A stretch of DNA of 45,644 nucleotides from Leucoraja erinacea. Lineage: Eukaryota. Below, one piece after another: positions 12,393-23,311 of the stretch. Positions within the stretch are counted from its first letter, which is position 1; every line of letters begins with the position of its first letter. The position numbers and the translations under genes were made by a program. The notes under the pieces are model-generated. The model had not been told where the DNA came from. It was given only the letters and a program-made list of their open reading frames with translations, and searched no databases. The stretch is from positions 186,001-231,644 of the forward strand of contig NC_073394.1 in assembly GCF_028641065.1 (NCBI RefSeq), read 5' to 3'.

Positions 12393-14466
12393 TTAGGTCA
12401 TAAGTGATAGGAGCAGAATCAGGCCATTTGGCCCATCAAGTCTACTCTGCCATTCAACCATGGCTGACCTATCTCCTAACCCCATTCTCTTGCCTTCTCC
12501 CCATAACCTCTGACACCTGTACTAATCAATTATCTATCTATCTCCATGCTTAAAAATATTCACTGACTTGGCCTTCACAGCCGACTGGCAAATAATCCCA
12601 CAGATTCACCACACTCCGAGTAAAATTCCTCCTCATCTTCTTCCTATAGGAACATCCTTTAATTCTTAGGCTGTGTCCTCTGGTCGTAGACTCTCCCACT
12701 AGTAAAAACATCCTCTCCCACTCTATCCAAGCCTTTCACTATTCTGTAAGTTTCAATGAGGTCCCCCCTCACTCTTCTAAACTCCAGTAAGTACAGGCAC
12801 AGTGCCGTCAAACACTCATCATAGGTTAACCTACTCATTCCTGGGATCATTCTTGTATACCTCCTCTGAACCCTCTCCAGATCAAGCACATCCTTCCTCA
12901 GATATGGTGCCCAAAATTGCTTAAAATACTCCAAATGCGACCTGATCAGCGCCTTATAGAGCCTCAGCATTACATCCCTGTTTTTGTATTCTAGACATCT
13001 TAAAATAAATGCTGGCATTACATTTGACTTCCTTACTAACGATTGAACTTGCAGATTCATTTTTTGGGAATCCTGCCTCAACACTCCCAAGTCTCTTTGC
13101 ACCTCCGATTTCTGTATTTTCTCCCCATTTTGAAAAAAGTCTACGCCTTGATTCCTACGACCAAAATACATGACTCCACACGTTGTTACACTATATTCCA
13201 TCTGCCACGTCTCTGCCCACTCTCCCAACCTGTCCAACTCCTTCTGCAGAGTCCCTGCTTTCTCTACACTACCTGGCCCTCCACCTATTGTCGTATCATC
13301 CGCAAACTTGGTCACAAAGTCTTCAATCCCCTCGTCCAAATCATTAATATACAACGTGAAGAGCAGCGGCCCCAGCACCAAGCCCCAGAGTTCCGCTAGT
13401 CCCTGGAAGCCAACCAGAAACAGACCCCTTAGGTCATAAGTGATAGGAGCAGAATCAGGCCATTTGGCCCATCAAGTCTACTCTGCCATTCAACCATGGC
13501 TGACCTATCTCCTAACCCCATTCTCTTGCCTTCTCCCCATAACCTCTGACAGCTGTACTAATCAATTATCTATCTATCTCCATGCTTAAAAATATTCACT
13601 GACTTGGCCTTCACAGCCGACTGGCAAAGAATCCCACAGATTCACCACCCTCCGAGTAAAATTCCTCCTCATCTTCTTCCTATAGGAACATCCTTTAATT
13701 CTTAGGCTGTGTCCTCTGGTCGTAGACTCTCCCACTAGTAAAAACATCCTCTCCCACTCTATCCAAGCCTTTCACTATTCTGTAAGTTTCAATGAGGTCC
13801 CCCCTCACTCTTCCAAACTCCAGTAAGTACAGGCACAGTGCCGTCAAACACTCATCATAGGTTAACCTACTCATTCCTGGGATCATTCTTGTATACCTCC
13901 TCTGAACCCTCTCCAGATCCAGCACATCCTTCCTCAGATATGGTGCCCAAAATTGCTTAAAATACTCCAAATGCGACCTGATCAGCGCCTTATAGAGCCT
14001 CAGCATTACATCCCTGTTTTTGTATTCTAGACATCTTAAAATAAATGCTGGCATTACGTTTGACTTCCTTACTAACGATTGAACTTGCAGATTCATTTTT
14101 TGGGAATCCTGCCTCAACACTCCCAAGTCTCTTTGCACCTCCGATTTCTGTATTTTCTCCCCATTTTGAAAAAAGTCTACGCCTTGATTCCTACGACCAA
14201 AATACATGACTCCACACGTTGTTACACTATATTCCATCTGCCACGTCTCTGCCCACTCTCCCAACCTGTCCAACTCCTTCTGCAGAGTCCCTGCTTTCTC
14301 TACACTACCTGGCCCTCCACCTATTGTCGTATCATCCGCAAACTTGGTCACAAAGTCTTCAATCCCCTCGTCCAAATCATTAATATACAACGTGAAGAGC
14401 AGCGGCCCCAGCACCAAGCCCCAGAGTTCCGCTAGTCCCTGGAAGCCAACCAGAAACAGACCCCTT
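12393..14466 (-). mobile_element. Tandem duplication (2 x 1036 bp) of a CR1 RT 3' fragment
   Basis: ORFs 12659-13381 and 13695-14417 are nearly identical (FADD RT motif); offset 1036. Confidence 0.93.
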
Positions 14467-14704
14467 TATTGCCACTGCCGGTGGGGGAAGATAGTGGGGG
14501 TGAGGGGGGTGTCAGTGGACTGGGTAGTGGAGGGAGGGAGGGGGGGGGGTGACTAGTCATCGCCCTGTGGCCAGAATGAGCGCTGCAGATGTTGGCTCCA
14601 TTGCTTCCACTTTTCTCCCCATCCAGCTGTTTTCATTGTGGTTTGTGCTTCGGAATACGGCATTAATTTAAATCACATCGCCATTTATTTGGGAGATTCT
14701 TCTA

Positions 14705-14992
14705 ATTTAGTTTAGAGCTACAGTGTGGAAACAGGCCCTTTGGTCCTCCGAATCTATGCCGAACAGCGATCCCCGCACACTAATTCTATCCCACACACAC
14801 TAGGGACAATTTACCGAAGCCAATTACCCTACGAACCTGCGCATCTTTGGAATGTGGGGAGAAACCGGAGTACCCGAAGGAAACCCACACGGTCACGGCG
14901 AGAACGTACAAACTCCGTACAGACAGCACCCTTAGTCAGGATTGAACCCGTGTCTCCGACGCTGTAGCAGCAACTCTACCGCTGCGCCACCC
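14705..14992 (-). mobile_element. HE1-like V-SINE
   Basis: Reverse complement of the same family as 2724-3075. Confidence 0.72.
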
Positions 14993-15611
14993 CTTGGGAA
15001 ATACATTCCGTCCCCGTTTAGGGTTAGGGCCGAACCCGTGCCTTTGCAGAAACCTAATGGCCGCGGGGGGCTCGGCCTCTCGGCAGCGAGAGAAAGCTCG
15101 ATGCCTGAGCAGGGCTCTGTTAGAGTGATTCCCAGAAGATCAGGGCAACATTAGGTGTGACTTAGACTTGGGGAGAATTGCCAACATTTGCAGCAACTCC
15201 TTGGTCGGGACAAACAGGGTTCCAGACACTGGGAGACGTGGAGGGGCTGAACAATCTAGTTCTGTCAATGGCGGGAAAGGAGCCTGGGAATAAAGTGGTG
15301 TTGCACTAAACCCGTTATGGGGTGTATATTGAACATGCGTTAAACCCGGAGCAGATCAGGAGCGGAACTGTAACGCGAGTATCGGCTCGTCACCAAACAC
15401 GAGGTCATGTCGACAGCTGCCCAGACAGTCAGTCCCTCCAATCAGACCGGCGCCAGTTACTGCCCTTACACGGTAATAACCAGCCAGTCACGGTAATACC
15501 CGCTCCAGCTGGTACGGGGAAAGTCTGCCAGGAGGGATCTGAGATCCCTCCACGCCTTTGCCGCCGACCTTGGTCCCTACCCGCCCGCCAGTCCGGCTCA
15601 TTGTGCGGGAG

Positions 15612-18600
15612 ATGTGGAGAGTGAGGCGCCCTGCTGCCCGGGCCCTGCGGCTGTTGTTGCCGCCGCTCCAACAGCGTGTCCCAGCCGCCAGGATCGTATC
15701 CAAAGTCAGCAGAGCATCTGACGGGGATGGTGAGAGTCACAGTCGTTCCGGGGTGAGGCAGCAGGGCTTCCTCCAGCTGTTCAGACAGCTGTTTTCCATG
15801 CGGGTGTCAACCCTCACTCCAGCTGTTTACTCCCATGAGGGAAGTGCCTTGTAAGAAAAGTGTGAGTCTTTGGCTCGAGCCTTCGGCGAGGAGACTGCCA
15901 AAAGTTGGAGGACGGGACGCAGTGAAGATACGATGGGTAAGCTGATTCAGTATGAGACTTGCAGGATGTGGGAGGTCAGGGACACTGATGATGCCTCTGA
16001 CTGCTACAACTGTGGAAACTGTGTCCAGGTTCAGCTCCTGAAGGACCGTGTGGGGATACTGGAGATGCAACTTGACCTCGGAAAACGAGCTTCCTGGACA
16101 GGACCTACAGCAAGATTGTTACACCGAAGATACCGGATGACGATGGGAAAGGACAGGAAGCTTGGAGTACAGGAGATCCCAGGGGATGTACCTCTTGAAA
16201 ACAGGTTCACCCTCTTGGAAGCTGTCGGGAGAGAAGACACTGCCATTATGAGCAGGGGACAGGTCTGCGAGTCAAAACCAAAGAGACAGACTTCAGGCAG
16301 AGCCGTGGAAGTCGACTCCATTGGAAAGGTACAGACGGGTTTATGCAGCAACAGGTGGGAGTCAAGGATGGTGTGTTGCCTCCCTGGTGCCAGAATCCAG
16401 GATGTCACGGACCGATTGCAGAGCATCCTCAAGGGTGAAGGTGAGCAGCCGGAAGTGGTAGTGCATGTCGGCACAAATGACGTTGGTTGGAAGAGAAGAC
16501 AATCTGCAGCATGACTTCAGAGAACTAGGAAGAAGGCTGAAAAGCAGGACCTCCAAGGTGGTTATCTCTGGTTTGCTTCCAATTCCACGAGCTGGTGAGG
16601 GCAGGAACAGGGAGATAGACTAATAGATGATCTGAATATGTGGCTGAGGAGCTGGGGCGGGAGGCAGGCATTTCGATTCTTAGACCACTGGCATCTGTTT
16701 TGGGGGAAGGGTACATTGTACAAAAAGGACAGGTTGCGCCTTAACAGGAGGGGGATCATCATTCTGGCAGGTTTGCCACTGCCATACAGGTGGGTTTAAA
16801 CTAAATAGTGGGGGAGCAGACAAACTGGAGATAAGGCTGGAGTTAAAGGGAAAGAGAATATAGGAAAAGTTAAGAAAAATACCACAATTAACGGGGCAGA
16901 AAGCTCACGAAGGGATAGGAGAGTAAGGCCAAATGAAATTGGAATTGATGTGAAGGGTGAGGGGAGTAATGGATTAAAAGTATATATGAATGCACAGAGT
17001 ATGGGAAATAAAGTGGATGAGCTTAAGGCTCAGTTAGAAATTGGCAAGTATGATGTGGGAATTACAGAGACATGGCTGCAAGAGGACCAGAGCTGGGAAC
17101 TGAATATTCAGGGGTATACGTACAGTCAAAAAGGCAGACAGGTGGGCAGAGGGGAAAGGATAGCTCAGTTGGTGAGGAATAAAACTCAGTCCCTTGCAAG
17201 GGGTGACATGGAATCAGGAGATGTAGAGTCAGTATGGATAGAACTGAGAAATTGGGAGTTATGCTATAACTATGCCCCAGAACTGTAGCCTGGATACAGG
17301 GTGCAAGTTGAATCAAGTTAAAATCGGCATATCACAAAGGTGTCAGCATTATAGTTGAACAAAGGGGACTATGCAGCCATGAGGGAAAGCTGGCCAAAGT
17401 TGACTGGAAAGATACCCTAGCAAGGATGGCAGTGGAACACCAATGGCAGGTATTTCTGGGAATAATACAGAAGGTGCAGGATCAGTTCATTCCAAAGAGG
17501 AAGAAAGATTCCAACGGGGGTAAGGGGCCACCGTGGCTGACAAGGGAAGTCAAGAACAGTATACAAATAAAAGAAGTATAACAACAAAGATGAGCGGGAA
17601 GCCAGAGGATTGGGTAACTCTTAAAGAACACCAGAAGATGACTAAAACAACAATACAGGGAGAAAAGATGAGGTACGAAGTTAAACGGCTAGAATATAAA
17701 GGAGGATAGTAAAAGCTTTAGGTATGTGAAGAGGAAAAAATGGAAGAACTGAAGGAAATCCACATTAGGCAGCAAATGATGTTGGCAGACTGCTGGGACT
17801 GAAGGTTGATAAATCCCCAGGGCCTGATGGTCTGTATCCCAGGGTACTTTAGGAAGTGGCTCTAGAAATCATGGATGCAATGGTTATCATTTTCCAATGT
17901 TCTATAGATTCAGGATCAGCTCCTGTGGATTGGAGTGTAGCTAATGTTATCCCACTTTCTAAGAAAGGAGGGAGAGAGAAAAAGGAATTATAGACCAGTT
18001 AGCCTGACATTGGTGGTGGGGAAGATGCTGGAGTCAATTATAAAAGATGAAATAGCCGCACTTTTGGGTAGCAGTAACAGGATCGGTCCAAGTCAGCATG
18101 GATTTACAAAGGGGAAATCATGCTTGACTAATCTGGAATTTCTTGAGGATGTAACTAGGAAAATGGACAAGGGAGAGCCAGTGGATGTAGTGTACCTGGA
18201 CCTTCAGAAAGCATTTGATAAGGCCCCACACAGGAGATTAGTGGGCAAAATTAGAGCACTTGGTATTGGGGTTAGGTACTGACATGGATAGAAAACTGGT
18301 TGGCAGACAGGAAACAAAGAGTAGGGATTAACAGGTCCTTTTCAGAATGGCAGACAGTGACTAGTGGGGTACCGCAAGGCTCAGTGCTGGGACCACAGCT
18401 GTTTACAATATACATCAATGATTTAGATGAACGGATTCTAAGTAACATCAGCAAATTTGCAGTGTGAACTGGGAGGAGGATGCAAGGTGACTTGGACAGG
18501 TTGGGTGAGTGCGCAGTTGCAGTATAATGTGAATAAATTTGAGGTTATCCACTTTGGTGGCAAAATCAGGAAGGCAGATTAGTATCTGAATGGTATCAAG

Positions 18601-19474
18601 TTGGGAATGGGGAAGTACAAAGAGATCTGGGGGGTCCTTGTTCGTCACTCATGCAGGTATAACAGGCAGTGAAGAAAGCTAATGGCATGCTGGCCTTTGC
18701 AAGAGGAGTTGTGTATAGGAGCAAAGAGGTCCATCTGTAGTTGTACAGGACCCTAGTGAGACCACACCTGGAGTATTGTGTGCAGTTTTGGTCTCCAAAT
18801 CTGAGGAAGGACATTCTTGCTGTTGAGGGAATAGGTTCACGAGGTTAATTCCTGCAATGGCAGGACTGTCATATGTTGTTTGAATGGAGCAGCTGGGCTT
18901 GTATACTCTGGAATTTAGAAGGATGAGAGGGATTATTATTGAAACATATAAGATTATTGAGGGATTGGACAGGCTAGATGCAGGAAACATGTTCCCGATG
19001 GGGGAGTCCAGAACCAGGGGCCACAGTTTAAGAATAAGGGGTAGGCCATGTAGAACGGAGATCTGGAAAAACTTTTTTACCCAGAGCTGTGAATTTGTGG
19101 AATTCTCTGGCTCAGAAGGCAGTGGAGGCCGGTTCTCTGGATGCTTTCAAGAGAGTTAGAGTTCTTAAAGATAGGGGATATGGGGAGAAGGCAGGAACAG
19201 GGTACTGATTGTGGATGATCATCCATGATCACAGTGAATGGCAGTGCTGGCTCGAAGGGCTGAATGGCCTACTCCTGCACCTATTGTCTATTGTGCGATT
19301 CCAGCTGTTTACTCCGAGTGGAATTCCAGTTGTGCATGTTGCCCTCATTGCAGCTGTTTGCTGCTACAGGAACAGACCATCGGCTTCACAGTGATTACCA
19401 CCACGCTGATGATCCCCTGCAGTTGTATCCTCGCCCACCTGAAGCTGCACCACCGCCTGACAAAGGCCAAGTGA
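15612..19474 (+). CDS. COX8B: Cytochrome c oxidase subunit 8B (COX8H)-like, two exons, divergent and possibly decaying: exon 1 15612..15729 (or ..15752), exon 2 19370..19474
   Basis: Exon 1 encodes an Arg/Leu/Ala-rich mitochondrial-presequence-like [31 protein letters not shown]. Exon 2 encodes [34 protein letters not shown], matching the COX8 EQxIG...P..W.LAHL pattern. AATAAA follows about 50 nt after the stop. The position next to PSMD13 matches the known Cox8b/COX8BP locus. The ancestral-looking donor at 15730 is out of frame by 1 nt. Confidence 0.72.
15834..19299 (+). mobile_element. Near full-length CR1 LINE (ORF1 with zinc-finger and SGNH esterase-like domain; ORF2 endonuclease plus RT; internally deleted) in the COX8B-like intron
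   Basis: ORF1 CRMWE...[10 protein letters not shown] and [12 protein letters not shown]...VVVHVGTND; ORF2 [33 protein letters not shown]; CTATTGT tail; flanked by 16-bp direct repeats. Confidence 0.92.
19370..19474 (+). CDS. COX8B: COX8B-like exon 2 (transmembrane helix)
   Basis: ctacag| acceptor, then EQTIG...; TGA at 19472-19474. Confidence 0.75.
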   Translation, partial: EQTIGFTVITTTLMIPCSCILAHLKLHHRLTKAK

Positions 19475-19523
19475 GGAGCTCGCGAATCCAGTTGCCTGGC
19501 CGTGCTCTGCGCTGGAGCCGCTG

Positions 19524-19529
19524 AATAAA
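19524..19529 (+). terminator. Polyadenylation signal of the COX8B-like gene
   Basis: AATAAA 50 nt downstream of the stop codon. Confidence 0.7.
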
Positions 19530-20000
19530 ACACTCTGATCGCAGCCTGGAGCCATGTCCGATTCTTCACAACCCCCCTTCCCACTCTTTCTCCCCACACA
19601 CTATACCCTCTCCCTTATTTAATTGAGGGTTTTTAGGTAATCATGGTCGACGAGGGTAATGCCCCAGACATTGTTTACAGGGAATTAAACAAGGCCTTTG
19701 AGAAGCATTTGCACTGTAGCCTGATATTACATGGGATCCAGGGAGAGCGAGCCGACTGGATACAAAACAAAGCATAAATTGCTGCAGGAATATAGGTCAG
19801 GCAGCATCTGCGGAGAAAAAGGATAGGTGATGTGTTGGGTTGGAAACCTTCAGACAAAGGTAGAGAAGGCCTGGTGAATACAGGCGAGGGAGGGGGTGGC
19901 AGATGGTTAGAGTAGGTGTCAAAGGCGAGAAATGAAAAGGAAATAAAAGGGTGTCAGTTATAGAGAGAAGAGAAAAAGTAAAATTTAGTCTGAAGAAGCT

Positions 20001-20178
20001 CACCTATCCATGTTCTGCACAGATGCTGCCTGACCCTCTGAGTTACTCCAGCATTCTGAAACGTGACCTATCCATGTTCTCCACAGATGCTGCCTGACCC
20101 GCTGAGTTACTCCAGCACTCTGTGAAACATCACCTATCCATGTTCTCCACAGATGCTGCCTGACCCGCTGAGTTACTC
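20001..20178 (+). repeat. Three tandem copies of a Penelope-tail-derived unit (cacctatccatgttctccacagatgctgcctgacccgctgagttactcc)
   Basis: Direct repeats of about 65 nt visible. Confidence 0.7.
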
Positions 20179-20689
20179 CTTTTTAGTGAAATCAAAATCG
20201 GAGGGAGGGATATGGGTGGGTGAGGAAAGATAAGAGGGGGAGAATAATAGAGACGTGGTAATGGGATGGGTGATAGTTGAGAGGAGGTAATGGAGGGGGG
20301 GGGGGGCAGGGGAGAAATGTGTGCGCATTGGGGGGGGGCAGAGGGAAGAGGGTGAAACACTTGCATTTGGAAAAAACAAGGCCGGGCAGCATGGAGAGGC
20401 TGGGCAGTGTAGGACTGCATGATGTTATAGAAGTGTATAACATCATGTAGGTATAGGGTGAATGCAGCCATGTAACCAGAGTTGGGGAAATCAAGTATCA
20501 GAGGGGAAAGGTGAGAGGGGAAAGATTTATTAGGAACCTGAGGGGCACGTTTCCACACAGAGAGAGGTGGGTGTATGGAACGAGCTGGAACAGGAGTTTG
20601 TGGAGGCAGAGACTATCACTACACTCGAACAGGGAGGGGGACCGCGGCTCTGGTGTTAATTAATGAGGCATGGATCGAGAGCGTGACAC

Positions 20690-20695
20690 TTTATT
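20690..20695 (-). terminator. Probable PSMD13 polyadenylation signal
   Basis: AATAAA on the minus strand about 505 nt after the stop. Confidence 0.65.
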
Positions 20696-20914
20696 AAAAG
20701 TCTGAGATCTCACAGACGGTGAATATTAATCCCACCCACTTCATTCCTAACATCTAAAAAAACATTTTAAAAACAGGGAGCGTTACGTCCCGGGCTCTGG
20801 AACAAAGTGCAGAGGCCGAGCCAGACTGAGCCATCCACAAACCAGCAGCTGGAAATGCAGGCGGTGCAGGACAGTGACGGGGGGGGGGGTCTCAGCAACA
20901 GCCAGGCCCAGGCC

Positions 20915-21005
20915 CTGGGGACAGTGTGTCTCTGACCCAGGGGACAGTGTGTCTCTGACCCAGGGGACAGTGTGTCTCTGACCCAGGGGGCAGTGTGTCT
21001 CTGAC
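20915..21005. repeat. 23-bp tandem repeat x4 in the PSMD13 3' UTR (ggggacagtgtgtctctgaccca)
   Basis: Direct reading. Confidence 0.85.
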
Positions 21006-21199
21006 TGTCCTGGGACACTTGGCAAGGAACACAAATCAAACTAGAATTCTACACCCACCTTTGACAAGTTTGGCCCTCCCCCTCCCTTCAAGCCCCCCCC
21101 CCCCCCACCCCCCAGGCCTCTCAAGACCACCCACCCTCTCCCCCCTCCCGCGTGACCAGTTGCTTCAGGAGTTGGGACGTGAACCCCTCTGGGTGGGGG

Positions 21200-21295
21200 T
21201 CAGGTCAGGATGTCCTGAGCCTGATGCTCCACTAGTAGCGCCACATTCTTCACATCTTCACACCAGCAATCCAACCGCTCCTTCATGCCTTTAAT
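21200..21295 (-). CDS. PSMD13: PSMD13 exon 13 coding part IKGMKERL...EHQAQDILT*
   Basis: ttgcag| acceptor, TGA at 21202-21200. Confidence 0.96.
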   Translation of the reverse strand: MKGMKERLDCWCEDVKNVALLVEHQAQDILT

Positions 21296-23269
21296 CTGCA
21301 AAACAGTGCGGGGATTAGCGTCTGCGACCACAGCAGTAACGGGACGCTGGGGGTGGTAACGGGACAGATAGAACAGCGGGGAAACTAGAAGCTGCCACTG
21401 CAACATCGCCATTGTAACTCAAAGTCAGGTTTGGTGAAGTGATGGCAATGTCCACGTCCCCGGGGTTGGGCTTTATCTGTACCCCTCTCAACCCCGTCCC
21501 CACCATCCCAGGCTGGGTTTACCGGCCCCCTTGCCCAGGCCTGTGGAGAATCTCCCCCCCCCCACTTACTTGCTGCAGGTCGAGGACGCGCGGCTGCACC
21601 CACGTCATGTGCACGCGCTCATCCACCTCGTCAATGCTGCCGCGGACCAGCCCGACCGACAACGCCTTCATCACCAACAACTCCACCTGTAGATGGAGCA
21701 CAAGGTGGACGTCACTCACCCCACTGGGCAATGTACACCCCCCATCAGTAAACCCCGCCCCCGCCCCCACCCCTAAACCCCGCCCCCACCCATCACTAAA
21801 CCCTGCCCCCACCCCTAAACCCCGCCCCCCACCCATCACTAAACCCCGCCCCCCCTAACCCCGCCCCCCCATCACTAAACCCCGCCCCCACCCCTAAACC
21901 CCGCCCCCACCCATCACTAAACCCCCGCCCACACCCCCCACCCACTAAACCCCGCCCCCACCCCTAAACCCCGCCCCCACCCATCACTAAACCCCGCCCC
22001 CACACCCCCATCCCTAAACCCCGCCCCCCCACCCCTAAACCCCGCCCACACCCCCATCACTAAACCCCGCCCCCACCCATCACTAAACCCCGCCCACAGC
22101 CCCCATCACTAAACCCCCCGCCCCCCCCACCCCCATCACTAAACCCCCGCCCCCACCCATCACTAAACCCCCCCCCCACCCCCATCACTAAACCCCGCCC
22201 CCACCCCCATCACTAAACCCTGCCCCCACCCCCCATCACTACCCCGCCCCCACCCATCACAAACCCCCCCCATCCCTCACACTAAACCCCGCCCCCCCCA
22301 TCACACCGCCCACACCCCATCACTAAACCCCGCCCCCACCCCCCATCACTAAACCCCCGCACACAACCCCCATCACTAAACCCCCGCACACAACCCCCAT
22401 CACTAAACCCCCGCACACAACCCCCATCACTAAACCCCCGCACACAACCCCCATCACTAAACCCCCGCACACAACCCCCATCACTAAACCCTGCCCACAC
22501 CCCATCACTAAACCCCCGCCCACACCCCCATCACTAAACCCCGCCCACACCCCATCACTAAACCCCGCCCCCACACCCCATCACTAAACCCCGCCCCCAC
22601 CCCCATCACTAAACCCCCGCACACAACCCCCATCACTAAACCCCGCCCACACCCCCACCATGAAAACCACACCCCAACCCCTAAACACCACCCCCACCAT
22701 GAAACCCCGCCCACACCATAAACCCCGCCCACCTCATAAACCCCGCCCACAACCCCAAAACACCACCCCCACCATGAAACCCCGCCCACACTTCTAAACC
22801 CCGCCCACACTTCTAAACCCCGCCCACACTTCTAAACCCCGCCACCACCGACAACGCCTTCATCACCAACAACTCCACTTGCAGATGGAGCACAAGGTGG
22901 ATGTCACTCACCCCACGGGGCAATGCACACCCCCCATCACTAAACCCTGCCCCCACACCGCGGGACCCCCACACTCACCTCTGTGACGGGGACCTTGGCG
23001 ATGAGCGAGATTTCCTGGAAGCTGAGCTGCCGGTGATTAGCCGGGCGGGTGAAGGTCATCTACACAACAGCAACGGAGCAGCTTCAGCCGGGGATGTGAG
23101 TCAGCCCCGCCCCCCTCTACTCCCCACCCCCCCCTCCTCCTCCCCCCCCCTACTCCTCCCCACCCCCCTCCACCCCTACGCCCCAGCCTCCCTACTACCC
23201 CCCCCCCCTACTCCCCGCCCCCCCTACCGCCCCCCCGCCCCCCCTCCTCCTCCACCCCCCTACTCCCCC

Positions 23270-23311
<42 letters not shown>

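Noticed and set aside
12659-14417. Two 240-aa RT ORFs as a functional retro-element or retron-like system
   Set aside because: 5'-truncated CR1 fragments lacking the RT N-terminus and endonuclease; identical only because of a tandem duplication.
15870-16514. 214-aa ORF as a host esterase gene
   Set aside because: It is CR1 ORF1 (zinc-finger plus SGNH-like domain), frameshifted and followed by ORF2.
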